Below, piece by piece: positions 1 to 9,998 of a DNA stretch of 64,000 nucleotides. The stretch is from Desulfobacterales bacterium. Lineage in GTDB: Bacteria > Desulfobacterota > Desulfobacteria > Desulfobacterales > UBA5852. Location: contig CAXXVS010000001.1 of assembly GCA_963674755.2 (NCBI GenBank), positions 320,001-384,000 of the forward strand, written 5' to 3'. A model generated the notes under the pieces. It saw only the letters and a program-made list of their open reading frames with translations, did no database searches and had not been told where the DNA came from. The first letter of the stretch is position 1. Every line of letters begins with the position of its first letter. Position numbers and translations under genes: made by a program.

Positions 1-271
1 CCAGGGCCAGGATGGCCTGGATGCCCGCCATCCATTCCAGGGGGTTGGCGCGGCTGCGGGCCGCGACATATACGACCGCTTGCCCGATGGCGCCCATGAC
101 CATTCCCACGGCGGTATAGGTCAGGATCCGTCCGGCATGGTAGGCGCCGTGGGCTTTCAGGCCCCCGGCCTGCCCGGGGAAGGCGAACACCAGGGGGCCG
201 CACATGCCGAGGCAATGGCCTGTGCCGAGGAGGCCCATGAGAAACATGGCGTATCCATCCCAGATATCCAC
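1..271 (-). CDS. DsbD_2 / TauE-like membrane protein, N-terminal part only (runs off window start)
   Basis: Manual translation from GTG at 271: MDIWDGYAMFLMGLLGTGHCLGMCGPLVFAF...AYHAGRILTY, with the HCxGMCG and YHxGR motifs of DsbD_2; absent from the ORF track because it is truncated. Confidence 0.8.
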   Translation of the reverse strand, partial: MDIWDGYAMFLMGLLGTGHCLGMCGPLVFAFPGQAGGLKAHGAYHAGRILTYTAVGMVMGAIGQAVVYVAARSRANPLEWMAGIQAILAL

Positions 272-462
272 AAGGCGCTTTCCAGAAGATCGACGCTATT
301 GACAGGGTCCGGCAATTCGTCCAGACTGATATCATCTTCCGACGTCGCTGGAAACCCCGTGGGCGGACTTGTTTTGTTCCTCCCGGCGGCGAAGCCCCGG
401 GAGATCCATCCGGGTTACACGGGTTAAGGCCGATAGCCTATCTGCTCAGAGGAGAAAAAGCG

Positions 463-1050
463 ATGTCTGGTAGCTGCCCTGAAGCATGGCCTGGGCCGGA
501 CAAAATGCTTCGGACCGTCCATGACGCGCTGCGCCTGGGCCTCGTCATACTGCTGCTGGTGGCCGCGGCCCCGGGATCGGTACCGGCGGCCGGCCCTGTC
601 CCGGGACGGCAAGGCCTGGGACCGGAGGGCGACATGTCCATCAGCGCCGAAGATCGCTGCCCGGTGTGCGCCATGCTGCCGATCCGCTATCCGCGTTTCG
701 CCGCGGCCATCGCGCTTAAGGACGGACGGACCTATTACTTTTGTTCTCCGGGCTGTATGCTCAATGCCTGGCTGCACCCCGATATCTTCCTTGGAAGTTC
801 GGCGGCCCAACTCGCGCGCCCTGTCGTGCGGGAATACCTGAGCGGCGCGGCGATGGATGCCCGGGATGTTTTCTGGGTTTCCGGCTCGGACGTGGTCGGT
901 CCCATGGGGCCGGCCCTGGTGCCCCTCAAGGACCAGGCCCACCTGGAGGCTTTCCGACGGCGCCACGGCGCCCGCAAGGTTTTTCGTCTGGATGAACTCA
1001 CCCATGACAACTGGCAAACCCTTACCGGCAAGCAAAGACCGTCGCCCTGA
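463..1050 (+). CDS. NosL-family metal (Cu)-binding periplasmic protein
   Basis: Hydrophobic leader, CPVCAM, YFCSPGCM and GSDVVGPMG motifs; GAGGAG RBS. Confidence 0.8.
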   Translation: MSGSCPEAWPGPDKMLRTVHDALRLGLVILLLVAAAPGSVPAAGPVPGRQGLGPEGDMSISAEDRCPVCAMLPIRYPRFAAAIALKDGRTYYFCSPGCMLNAWLHPDIFLGSSAAQLARPVVREYLSGAAMDARDVFWVSGSDVVGPMGPALVPLKDQAHLEAFRRRHGARKVFRLDELTHDNWQTLTGKQRPSP

Positions 1051-1066
1051 CCCCGGGCGGGATTGC

Positions 1067-1408
1067 ATGGCGGCAGACCGGCAACCGGCCCAGCCGAGTG
1101 ACCGCTTGCGATCGGCCGGTTGGCTGGTGGGGGCGGCTGTCGCGATGGTGATGGTTTGCCTGATTACGGTTGCCCTGGACGGGATCCGGGGGGTGCTCTC
1201 CCGACCGGAGGCCGACGCTGCCCTTTACCGCACCATTGGTTTGAACGAACTGGCCCTGGTGCCGGCCGGACAGCTCGCCCGTCGCACGGAGGTCATTCCG
1301 GGGTTCACGGATGGGCGCTATCTCCCGACGTTGCCCCGTGGCAACCCGGGTGTCGTGCCCCTGATGGACGCCGACCGGCTGGCGGCCTTCCGGAAGGCAG
1401 ACCCATGA
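1067..1408 (+). CDS. Small hypothetical protein with one transmembrane segment
   Basis: Fills the gap between the NosL gene and the permease; its TGA overlaps the next ATG (ATGA at 1405-1408). Confidence 0.55.
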   Translation: MAADRQPAQPSDRLRSAGWLVGAAVAMVMVCLITVALDGIRGVLSRPEADAALYRTIGLNELALVPAGQLARRTEVIPGFTDGRYLPTLPRGNPGVVPLMDADRLAAFRKADP

Positions 1409-2553
1409 CATCCAACGGTCTGGCACGCATCCTGTGGGCCGCCCGCGAACTGCGGGCCCACCCCGGAAGTACGTTGGCCGTCATGGCGGCCCTGGTTCTG
1501 CTAACCGCTTTGCTGGCCGGCGGCCTGCTGCTCTCCCAGGCGCTGACGGCGACGACCGCCCGTCTGCTCGACCAGGGACCGGATCTGGTGGTGCGCCGGG
1601 TCAGCCCGGTCGGATGGCAGCCGGTTCAAGTTCAGGATGCCGCCCTGGCCCTGGCCGTACCCGGCATTACCGCGGCCCGGCTGCGCATCTGGGGCACGGT
1701 CAAAACACCGGATCAGACCGTCACCGTGGTGGCCGCGGACGATGCCGCCATGCGAAGGATGGCCCTGCCGCAGACGCTGCACCCGCCGGCCCCCGGGGAA
1801 ACCATCGCCGGACAGGGCGTCATCTTATCCGAAACCGATGGCCGTCTGGCCCTGCAGGGCGCCACCGCTCTTATGACCCGCGTGGCTCAGCGCTTTCCCT
1901 CAAACAGTGATCTGGCCACCTATGATGTGGTGATGCTCCATCCCCGGGACGCCCGCACCCTCTTGGGGCTGGCCCCGGTCCAGGCCAGCGATCTGGCCCT
2001 GTCCGTGTTCCACCCCGAGGAAGCCGCCGCGCTGATGCCGGACCTTATTCGCGCGTTTCCCTGGCCGGTGCATATCACCACCCGTTTGGATACACGCAAG
2101 GCCTATGCGGCCGCTTTCGGCCGGCGTGGCGGGCTGGGATCGCTATTGTATCTGCCGGCGGCCCTGGCGCTGGTGCTGCTGGCGGCGGCCGTCATCCGCC
2201 AGCAGATGGGTGACCGTGCGCGCATGGGCCTGCTCAAAGCCCTGGGATGGACCGGCCGCGATATCCTGGCCCTGCAGATGGCCAAAGCGCTGCTGGTGAG
2301 CCTGCCGGCCGTGGCGGCCGGGCTGGTGACGGCCTATGGCCTGGTGTACGGGCCGACCCAATCCTGGGTGGGCCGTCTTCTCCTGGGATGGCAGACAACG
2401 CCGCCACGGCTTCAGCTCGACGCCGGCTATGCCGCCCCCATCTTTCTGGAAGTCGGCGGAATGCTGCTGGTGCCTTTTTTAGCCGCCGTCCTGGCAGCGT
2501 CCCTGGGTTTGGCCTCGTCGGACCCCCAGGATCTTCTCAACCGGGGGGGCTGA
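1405..2553 (+). CDS. ABC transporter permease, FtsX/MacB/LolE-like
   Basis: N-terminal TM, periplasmic region, RMGLLKALGWT motif, three C-terminal TMs; ATGA coupling. Confidence 0.85.
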   Translation: MTSNGLARILWAARELRAHPGSTLAVMAALVLLTALLAGGLLLSQALTATTARLLDQGPDLVVRRVSPVGWQPVQVQDAALALAVPGITAARLRIWGTVKTPDQTVTVVAADDAAMRRMALPQTLHPPAPGETIAGQGVILSETDGRLALQGATALMTRVAQRFPSNSDLATYDVVMLHPRDARTLLGLAPVQASDLALSVFHPEEAAALMPDLIRAFPWPVHITTRLDTRKAYAAAFGRRGGLGSLLYLPAALALVLLAAAVIRQQMGDRARMGLLKALGWTGRDILALQMAKALLVSLPAVAAGLVTAYGLVYGPTQSWVGRLLLGWQTTPPRLQLDAGYAAPIFLEVGGMLLVPFLAAVLAASLGLASSDPQDLLNRGG

Positions 2554-3245
2554 TGTTGGCGATATCTCTCGAATGCCGGCAGATGGCCTTTGACTATCCC
2601 AACCTCCGGTCCCGGGGGGCGGCGGTCCCCATCCTGGGGGAGATCGATGCGGTTTTTCCCGGCAGGCGGATTACGCTGGTCAGCGGCCGCAGCGGCGTCG
2701 GCAAGAGCACCCTGCTGCATCTGCTGGCCGGCCTGCTGCGGCCCACCCAGGGTGAAATCAGGGCCGACGGCCAGCCGGTGTCGCGCTGGCTGACCGCCCA
2801 CCGGGACCGCTGGCGCCGACAGGTTGGCATCCTTTTTCAGCAGGATCATTTGATCGGTCATCTGACGGTCCTGGAAAACGTTATCCTGCCGCTGATTCCG
2901 CGCAACGGCGACCTGCGGCAGTGGCGGACGCAGGGCATGGAAATGCTGGCCCGGCTCAAGCTTGACGAACTGGCCGGGCAGCCGGCCGCGTTCCTTTCAG
3001 GGGGGCAGCGGCAGCGGGTTGCGGCGGCCCGGGCCCTGGTGGGGGCCCCGGACTACATCGTGGCCGACGAACCGGTCGCCCACCAGGATTGCGAAAATGC
3101 CCGCGGCCTGGGTGGACTCCTGCGCCAGGCCGCCGACCGGGGGGCCGTGGTGGTGGTGGCCGCCCACGACCGCCATGTGGACGAGTGGCTGGCCGTCGAC
3201 GGCCATCTGCACCTGGAACACGGAACCCTGCACCCGGCATCATGA
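2553..3245 (+). CDS. ABC transporter ATP-binding protein, LolD-like
   Basis: Walker A GRSGVGKS, LSGGQRQR signature, ADEP; TGATG coupling. Confidence 0.92.
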   Translation: MLAISLECRQMAFDYPNLRSRGAAVPILGEIDAVFPGRRITLVSGRSGVGKSTLLHLLAGLLRPTQGEIRADGQPVSRWLTAHRDRWRRQVGILFQQDHLIGHLTVLENVILPLIPRNGDLRQWRTQGMEMLARLKLDELAGQPAAFLSGGQRQRVAAARALVGAPDYIVADEPVAHQDCENARGLGGLLRQAADRGAVVVVAAHDRHVDEWLAVDGHLHLEHGTLHPAS

Positions 3246-4276
3246 CCCGCCATCCTTTGCTACTGGCCGTCCTGACGGCCGATCTAATAACCTTTCTGCT
3301 GCTGCTGACCGCGGCGGCCACGGCCTTTCGCATTGCATTGCACTGGCATCCGGCGGAGACCGATGGACGCCAGACCCGGCTGCAGGCCCGCTCGGAAACC
3401 GCTGCCCTAACCGTTTACGGCGCCTTCGGGCTGCATCTCTTTGCCTCGGCGGTGCTGATTTACGGCCTGACCAATATCCTGCCGGGCGTGGTGCCGGGCG
3501 CCATGTGCGGCACCGGCGTTCTGCAGGCCATGCAGTCCGGGGGGCCTCGCATGCTCATCTACCGCTGTGGGGCCACCGCCCTTTTCTGGATCTGGTGGCG
3601 GCTGGAAAAGGTGAACCGCGCCCTGCCGGAAGGGCCCCTGGTGCCGATCAACGCCCGCATCGTGCTCTTGCTCCTCCCGGTCTGCGCTCTGGCCCTGCGC
3701 GCCACCTGGCAGGCCCTGCTGGCCATGGATCTCCAGCAGCCGGTGGACTGCTGCGCGGTGGTGTACGACCAGTTTCAATCCCTGGGCGAGGCGCGCCGGA
3801 CGCTGGGTGTCGGAAATGGCTTCTGGGGATGGGCCTTTGGCGTCATCACATCAACCTTGACGGCCGTCGTCGGGGCTGTCTGGCGCGGCCGTCCACGCCG
3901 TTGGCTGCCGTTGCTGTTGACCGTGCTGGCCGGCCTGTGGCTGCCCATCGCGGCGGTCGCGCTGATCAGGGTGTGGGCGGCCTACCATTACGGCGTCCTG
4001 CACCACTATTGCCCCTGGTGCCTTTTTCTTCCCGAGCACCACATGATCGGTTTTCCTGTCTGGATCGCCTGGCTGGTGGTGGCCTATGAGGCGCCGGCCG
4101 CCCTGGTGCTGTCGGCGCCTTTCATCCGGAAACTGCAGGGGGTGACAGTTCCCGCCGATGCCGGGGTTCGGCAGGCTGCCCGCAATATGCTGATGGCGGT
4201 AGTCTTCTTCGTTCTGCTGGCGGTCGGTCCGGCCATCTGGTGGCGCTTGCATTTTGGGATGTGGTTGAGCGGGTAG
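3242..4276 (+). CDS. Polytopic membrane protein with Cys/His motifs, function unknown
   Basis: About 8 hydrophobic segments; PGAMCGTG, VDCC and HHYCPWC motifs; ATGA overlap. Confidence 0.8.
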   Translation: MTRHPLLLAVLTADLITFLLLLTAAATAFRIALHWHPAETDGRQTRLQARSETAALTVYGAFGLHLFASAVLIYGLTNILPGVVPGAMCGTGVLQAMQSGGPRMLIYRCGATALFWIWWRLEKVNRALPEGPLVPINARIVLLLLPVCALALRATWQALLAMDLQQPVDCCAVVYDQFQSLGEARRTLGVGNGFWGWAFGVITSTLTAVVGAVWRGRPRRWLPLLLTVLAGLWLPIAAVALIRVWAAYHYGVLHHYCPWCLFLPEHHMIGFPVWIAWLVVAYEAPAALVLSAPFIRKLQGVTVPADAGVRQAARNMLMAVVFFVLLAVGPAIWWRLHFGMWLSG

Positions 4277-4593
4277 GGCCTACGCCTACCGGCGATTCTG
4301 GCCGGTGCCGCTGAATACCGGGGCTGCCAATGAAGTTCTTTGCGAAACTACCCGAAAACCGCTCATTACCGTCGGTTAAGCGCCTTTTTCCCCTTGCCAT
4401 TTCAAGCCCTTTTGATATACAGAACAGCTCTGCAAACGAAATTCCATTCGATGAGGGGCATTCATTCGAATGACCCGGGTTCCCAGCTTGCCGCCGGCAT
4501 TCCGCACGCCGGGACCTGTACATCGGGGGAGCGGATTTCGATCCACCACATCATATGCAATCCTGTTTTAACCTGAAACCGAAGGAGGAAAGG

Positions 4594-5613
4594 ATGAAGA
4601 TTACCCGAATCATGTTGGTTGCCGTCCTGGTGGCAGTGTTCCTGTGTGCGGGGATGGCCACGGCCGGCACCCTGCAGGATGTGAAAGCCAAAGGCTTTAT
4701 CTCGGTGGGTGTCAACGAAGGCCTGTTCGGCTTCTCCAAGCCCGATGAAAAAGGGGTCTGGAAAGGGTTGGACGTGGACACGGCCCGTGCGATCTCGGTC
4801 GCCGTATTCGGCGCACCCGATAAAATCAAATGGGTTCCCCTGACGGCCAAAACCCGCTTTACGGCCCTGCAGTCCGGCGAGATCGACGTGCTGACCCGCA
4901 ACGCCACCCAGACACTGACCCGTGAAACCTCGCTGGGCCTCAATTTTGCCCACGTCAATTACTACGACGGCCAGGGATTCCTGGTGCCCAAGAGCTTGGG
5001 CGTCAAGAGCGCCAAGGAGTTGGACGGCGCTACGGTTTGTGTTCTGCCCGGAACGACCACCGAGTTGAACGCCGCCGATTACTTCCGCGCCAACGGCATG
5101 ACCATGAAGCCGGTGGTCATCGAGAGCACTCCGGAGCTGGCCAAGGCCTTTTTCGCCGGACGCTGCGACTGCCTGACCTCGGATGCCTCCCAGCTGGCCG
5201 GGACCCGTGCCGTGGCCCCCAATCCGGACGACTACGTCATCCTGCCGGAAATCATCTCCCGCGAGCCGCTGGCACCGGCCGTACGCCACGGGGACGATCA
5301 GTGGTACGATATCGTCAACTTTGCCACCATGGCCATGATCGAAGCCGAATACCTCGGCGTGACGTCCAAGAATGTGGACCAAATGCTGAAAAGCACGGAC
5401 CCCAAAGTTCAACGCTTCCTCGGCACCAACCCGGGCAACGGCAAGGCCCTGGGGCTGGATGAAAAGTGGGCCTACAACATCGTCAAGATGGTGGGCAATT
5501 ACGCCGAAGTGTTCGAACGCAATGTCGGCGTCAATACGCCCCTCAAGCTGGAACGCGGACTGAATGCGCTGTGGACCAACGGCGGGATCATGTACACGCC
5601 GCCGTTCAAGTAG
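4594..5613 (+). CDS. aapJ: General L-amino acid ABC transporter substrate-binding protein
   Basis: Signal peptide, RFTALQSGEIDVL, YYDGQGFLV, ISREPLAPAVRHGD, RGLNALW; AAGGAGG RBS. Confidence 0.92.
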   Translation: MKITRIMLVAVLVAVFLCAGMATAGTLQDVKAKGFISVGVNEGLFGFSKPDEKGVWKGLDVDTARAISVAVFGAPDKIKWVPLTAKTRFTALQSGEIDVLTRNATQTLTRETSLGLNFAHVNYYDGQGFLVPKSLGVKSAKELDGATVCVLPGTTTELNAADYFRANGMTMKPVVIESTPELAKAFFAGRCDCLTSDASQLAGTRAVAPNPDDYVILPEIISREPLAPAVRHGDDQWYDIVNFATMAMIEAEYLGVTSKNVDQMLKSTDPKVQRFLGTNPGNGKALGLDEKWAYNIVKMVGNYAEVFERNVGVNTPLKLERGLNALWTNGGIMYTPPFK

Positions 5614-5617
5614 ATGC

Positions 5618-5809
5618 GTGCCATCCATAAAGGGCATCTTTCGGTCCAGGCTCCACCGCCGGTGGGGAAACCTTTGGCGGACAAGCCGGCGTTCTCGCTC
5701 TCCTGAAATCCTCGCCGTAGCCTCAGCTACGCCTGCGGTTTCCACCCACAGCGGGAAGAATCGTTGCGGCCTTGGCCTGAACCAAAATCTACCCTTTCTG
5801 GATAGACAC
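5618..5809 (+). repeat. MITE-like dispersed repeat, copy 1
   Basis: Ends GTGCCATCCA...TGGATAGACAC; core CCTCGCCGTAGC-GCTACGCCTGCGG and GGCCTTGG..AACCAAAATCTAC shared with the other copies. Confidence 0.8.
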
Positions 5810-5851
5810 AAAACGATAAGTCATCTCGATATTGGAGAATATATTGCTGTG

Positions 5852-5890
5852 AGCTGCTGGGATGCCGCATATAGGCGCCCCGGCAGCTTT
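5852..5890 (+). terminator. Stem-loop after aapJ (terminator or mRNA stabiliser)
   Basis: AGCTGCTGGGATGCC...GGCGCCCCGGCAGCT followed by TT. Confidence 0.5.
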
Positions 5891-6048
5891 CGCTTTCTTT
5901 CATCAGGCAGGCTTACACCGGCCCTTTTGTCATCCGGCGAAGGCCGGGATCTGCTAGTGTGGTGACAGACGTATCGCATTAGCGTCCGGCCCTCGGCAGG
6001 ATGAGCAGATTTGCAAGCCCTATCATTAATTAACAGCGGTTTTCGTTT

Positions 6049-7245
6049 ATGGCCCCAAACGATCCAACCCTTCCTGTAAGTGAGGCGCCCTCCAAGGCTT
6101 CTTTCTGGTACGATCCCAAGGTGCGGGGCGTGATGTACCAGATCGGTGCCATGGCCATGGTGGGGCTGCTGGCCTACTACCTCATGACCAACACCATGGC
6201 CAACCTGGAGCGGCAGTCCATTGCCACCGGTTTCGGGTTTCTGGACAAGCAGGCCTCGTTTGAAATCGGCGAGTCCCTGATTTCTTACTCAGCGGCGAGC
6301 ACCTATGCCCGGGCTCTGGTGGTGGGGGCTCTCAACACCCTGCTGGTGTCCTTTATCGGGATCATCATCACCCTCATTCTGGGAACGTTCATCGGTATTG
6401 CGCGGCTGTCCTCCAACTGGCTGGTTTCCCGTCTATCGGCGATCTACATCGAAGTCTTTCAGGACATCCCGGTATTACTGCAGCTTTTCTTCTGGTATGC
6501 CTTTTTCTACGAAATTCTCCCCAGCCCCCGCCAGGCCCTCAATCTCTTCCAGGGGGTCTTTCTCTGCAACCGGGGGCTGATCTTCGGCATCCCGGCAGCG
6601 CATCCCGTCTGGAAATTTGTCGGGTTGGCTTTCGTCGCGGGCTGCGCCGCGATCTATCTCATCCGTCGCTGGGCCCGCAAGCGCCAGGACCGTACCGGAC
6701 AGATCTTTCCGCTGATGCGCGTATCAGCGGCCATTCTGATCGGTTTGCCGCTGCTCGTCTGGTGGCTGGGCGGGGCGCCCACGGCCATGAATGTACCGGC
6801 GCTGAAAGGGTTTAATTTCAAGGGCGGTGTCAGTGTCAGCCCCGAGTTCACCGCGCTCCTGCTGGGGCTGGTGCTTTACACAGCTGCCTTTGTGGCCGAA
6901 GTCGTGCGGGCGGGGATTCAGTCCGTCAGCAAGGGCCAGAGCGAAGCGGCCATGTCCATCGGGTTGAAACCGGGCCAGGTCCTCAACCTGGTGATCCTGC
7001 CCCAGGCCCTGCGGGTGATCATCCCCCCGCTGACCAGCCAGATGCTGAACCTGACCAAGAACAGCTCCCTGGCGGTGGCGATCGGGTTCCCGGATTTCGT
7101 TTCGGTAGCGGGTACCACCATCAACCAGACCGGCCAGGCCATCGAAGGCGTGGTCCTGATCATGGCGGTTTATTTAATTTTCAGCCTGTCCACCTCGGCT
7201 TTCATGAATTGGTACAACAAAAAGATGAAACTCGTGGAGCGTTAA
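6049..7245 (+). CDS. aapQ: Amino acid ABC transporter permease
   Basis: EAA motif GQSEAAMSIGL, NLTKNSSLA; operon position. Confidence 0.9.
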   Translation: MAPNDPTLPVSEAPSKASFWYDPKVRGVMYQIGAMAMVGLLAYYLMTNTMANLERQSIATGFGFLDKQASFEIGESLISYSAASTYARALVVGALNTLLVSFIGIIITLILGTFIGIARLSSNWLVSRLSAIYIEVFQDIPVLLQLFFWYAFFYEILPSPRQALNLFQGVFLCNRGLIFGIPAAHPVWKFVGLAFVAGCAAIYLIRRWARKRQDRTGQIFPLMRVSAAILIGLPLLVWWLGGAPTAMNVPALKGFNFKGGVSVSPEFTALLLGLVLYTAAFVAEVVRAGIQSVSKGQSEAAMSIGLKPGQVLNLVILPQALRVIIPPLTSQMLNLTKNSSLAVAIGFPDFVSVAGTTINQTGQAIEGVVLIMAVYLIFSLSTSAFMNWYNKKMKLVER

Positions 7246-7252
7246 GCGGCTT

Positions 7253-8350
7253 ATGGCAGACACGCAGCCCACAGACACGCGTATGGACGGCATCAAGCCG
7301 CCCCGCAGCAGTGTCGGTGTGATCGGCTGGCTCAGGGCGAACCTGTTCAACTCCTGGTTCAACTCCCTGCTGACCCTGGCGATCCTCTTCCTTTTTTACA
7401 AAACGGTTCCGCCCTTTGTCCGGTGGGCCTTCATCGACAGCCTCTGGACGTCCACCGGCAAGGAATGTATGGCCACCGACGGGGCCTGCTGGTCCGTGAT
7501 CCCGGCCAATTTCCGCTTTATCCTGTTCGGGTTTTATCCCTACGACGAGCAGTGGCGCCCGGCGATCGCCATCGCCCTGCTGGTGGGTCTGCTGATTTAC
7601 AGTCAGTACCGGCGCAACTGGAAGAAGAATCTGCTTTATATCTGGATCGGCGCTCTGGTGGTCATGGGGGCGCTGATGAAAGGCGGTCTGCTGGGTCTGG
7701 TCCCGGTGGAAACCACCCAGTGGGGCGGTCTGCCGCTGACATTGATGCTCTCGGTTTTCGGCCTCACCGCGGCCTATCCCCTGGGGATCGTGCTGGCTTT
7801 GGGACGTCAATCCCGGCTGCCGGCCATCCGCTCCCTCTGCGTCATTTACATCGAGCTTATCCGGGGCGTTCCCCTGATCAGTCTGCTTTTTATGTCCTCG
7901 GTGGTTTTTCCCCTATTTCTGCCCGAAGGGGTCAACCTCAATGCCATTCTGCGGGCCCAGGTCGCCATCATCATGTTTACGGCGGCCTATATCGCCGAAG
8001 TGGTGCGGGGCGGCTTGCAGGGCATGGCGCGCGGACAGTATGAAGCCGCGGAGTCCCTGGGGCTCAATTACATGCAGACCATGAGGCTGGTGATTCTGCC
8101 CCAGGCGCTGAAGATTGTGATCCCCCCCTCGGTCAGCATTCTGATCTCGGCCTTCAAGGATACCTCCCTGGTGGTTATCATCGCGCTTTACGATCTGCTG
8201 AAGACCACCCAGTCCATCCTGGGCGATCCCCGTTGGATGGGCTTTGCGCCGGAAGCCTATATCTTCGTGGCCATGATTTATTTTGTGTGCTGCTTCTACA
8301 TGTCTCATTTCAGCCGCAAGCTGGAGCGGGAGCTGGATACCGGTTTGTAG
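7253..8350 (+). CDS. aapM: Amino acid ABC transporter permease
   Basis: GACW, WGGLPLTL, GQYEAAESLGL, FKDTSLV. Confidence 0.9.
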   Translation: MADTQPTDTRMDGIKPPRSSVGVIGWLRANLFNSWFNSLLTLAILFLFYKTVPPFVRWAFIDSLWTSTGKECMATDGACWSVIPANFRFILFGFYPYDEQWRPAIAIALLVGLLIYSQYRRNWKKNLLYIWIGALVVMGALMKGGLLGLVPVETTQWGGLPLTLMLSVFGLTAAYPLGIVLALGRQSRLPAIRSLCVIYIELIRGVPLISLLFMSSVVFPLFLPEGVNLNAILRAQVAIIMFTAAYIAEVVRGGLQGMARGQYEAAESLGLNYMQTMRLVILPQALKIVIPPSVSILISAFKDTSLVVIIALYDLLKTTQSILGDPRWMGFAPEAYIFVAMIYFVCCFYMSHFSRKLERELDTGL

Positions 8351-8399
8351 GGAACATAGAAGGATAGCATTATAGGGGAAAGCGAACAGAAAAGCTTTG

Positions 8400-8471
8400 C
8401 ACCACGAAGAACACGAAGAACACGAAGAAAATCTCAAATTTAGGCGATGGTCTTTCGTGGCCTTCGTGGTG
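8400..8471. repeat. Short tandem/inverted repeat (CACGAAGAA)x3 ... TTCGTGGCCTTCGTGGT
   Basis: Directly visible between aapM and aapP. Confidence 0.65.
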
Positions 8472-8522
8472 GGTTAACCTTTCCTGGATTTTTCCACAGA
8501 GTCGATTAGAGGACGCATTACA

Positions 8523-9299
8523 ATGAGCGATGCCACCCCGATCCAAGCTGAAAAGGCCCCCGAAGGGGATCCCATCATCCGTATTTCCCAGATGCACAAG
8601 TGGTACGGGGATTTCCATGTGTTGCGGGACATCAACCTGGACGTGCAGCGCGGCGAGCGGATTGTTATCTGCGGGCCTTCAGGCTCCGGGAAGTCCACAC
8701 TGATCCGCTGCATCAACCGTCTGGAGGAGCATCAACGGGGCAAGATCATCGTGGACGGCATCGAGTTGACCAACGATCTCAAGAATATCGAAAAAATCCG
8801 CATGGAAGTCGGCATGGTCTTCCAGCACTTCAATCTCTTCCCCCACCTGACCATCCTGGAAAATCTCTGCCTGGGCCCCATCTGGGTGCGCAAGACCCCG
8901 CGCAAAGAGGCGGAAGAGATCGCCATGGTCTATCTGGAAAAGGTTCACATCGCCGAGCAGGCCCAAAAATTTCCCGGCCAGCTGTCCGGCGGCCAGCAGC
9001 AGCGTGTGGCCATCGCCCGCAGCCTGTGCATGAAACCCAACGTGATGCTCTTCGACGAGCCCACCTCGGCCCTGGACCCGGAGATGGTCAAGGAGGTCCT
9101 GGACGTCATGATCAGCCTGGCCAAGGAGGGCATGACCATGCTGGTGGTGTCCCACGAAATGGGCTTTGCCCGCAGTGTGGCCCACCGGGTCATGTTCATG
9201 GACTACGGCCAGATCGTGGAAGAGAACAATCCCGACGACTTCTTCAACCATCCCCAGAACGACCGGACGAAGTTGTTCCTAAGCCAGATCCTCCATTAG
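8523..9299 (+). CDS. aapP: Amino acid ABC transporter ATP-binding protein
   Basis: [27 protein letters not shown]. Confidence 0.93.
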   Translation: MSDATPIQAEKAPEGDPIIRISQMHKWYGDFHVLRDINLDVQRGERIVICGPSGSGKSTLIRCINRLEEHQRGKIIVDGIELTNDLKNIEKIRMEVGMVFQHFNLFPHLTILENLCLGPIWVRKTPRKEAEEIAMVYLEKVHIAEQAQKFPGQLSGGQQQRVAIARSLCMKPNVMLFDEPTSALDPEMVKEVLDVMISLAKEGMTMLVVSHEMGFARSVAHRVMFMDYGQIVEENNPDDFFNHPQNDRTKLFLSQILH

Positions 9300-9441
9300 A
9301 AGGCATTTAAAAAAGTCTTTTCGCTCGATATCGGCGTTGAGCCCTCGTCTCAAGTCCTCGGCATACATGAGTATGCCTGCGGGTTGAAACGAGTGCTCGC
9401 CTTGATCTCGAACGAAAATCCAATTTTTAAATGCCCTCTTA
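9296..9441 (+). repeat. Second MITE-like subfamily with about 18-bp terminal inverted repeats
   Basis: TTAGAAGGCATTTAAAAA ... TTTTTAAATGCCCTCTTA; core CCTCGGCATAC-atga-GTATGCCTGCGG; overlaps the aapP TAG. Confidence 0.75.
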
Positions 9442-9676
9442 CCACTATTCAGGAACGGTCTTTTTGATCTTGGTCGGTCGTAGCGGGTTTTACGGCTGCG
9501 GCGTACAAATGCACACCTTACCGAAAACCCTTGTGCGGCCTTGATCAGAGCCAAAAATCCTCATCCCTGAAGCGGACATACTACTAATCAAATAGCGTCA
9601 AGAGCCTTCGCACTTCTGAGGGTGGTGGGTTGTTGTGGGGGGGGTAAAAAAGAAATTGAACTTGGTTTTTAAAATC

Positions 9677-9719
9677 TAAAATGATGGTCTGGAGAGGAGT
9701 TCTCCAGGCCATCATTTTA
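9677..9719. terminator. Bidirectional terminator-like hairpin
   Basis: TAAAATGATGGTCTGGAGA / TCTCCAGGCCATCATTTTA between convergent transcription units. Confidence 0.6.
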
Positions 9720-9998
9720 TGTGCGATGCTCGGGGCCTAACCGCGGGCCCTCCCGGCGGTCTTCTCCGCTACGGCGCTCCTCCCCGGAGCGGCGTTCCGG
9801 TACATGGCCGGCGTAGGAAAACTGCCGGCGGTCCGCCCCGCAGCGGCGACCGCCATTGTCCCAACACTTGGCCTCCATGGCGCCATCCTTTCCCGGGGCA
9901 ATCCAACCGCCCCATAAAAGTTGACGAAAAGGGCACGGATATGATTCTCATACCCCATGCCCTTTTCAATGGCAACCTTTACGGATGTTACATGAAGG

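Noticed and set aside
463..1050. NosL as evidence of N2O respiration
   Set aside because: No nosZ, nosD or nosR visible, and NosL-family genes occur outside nos clusters
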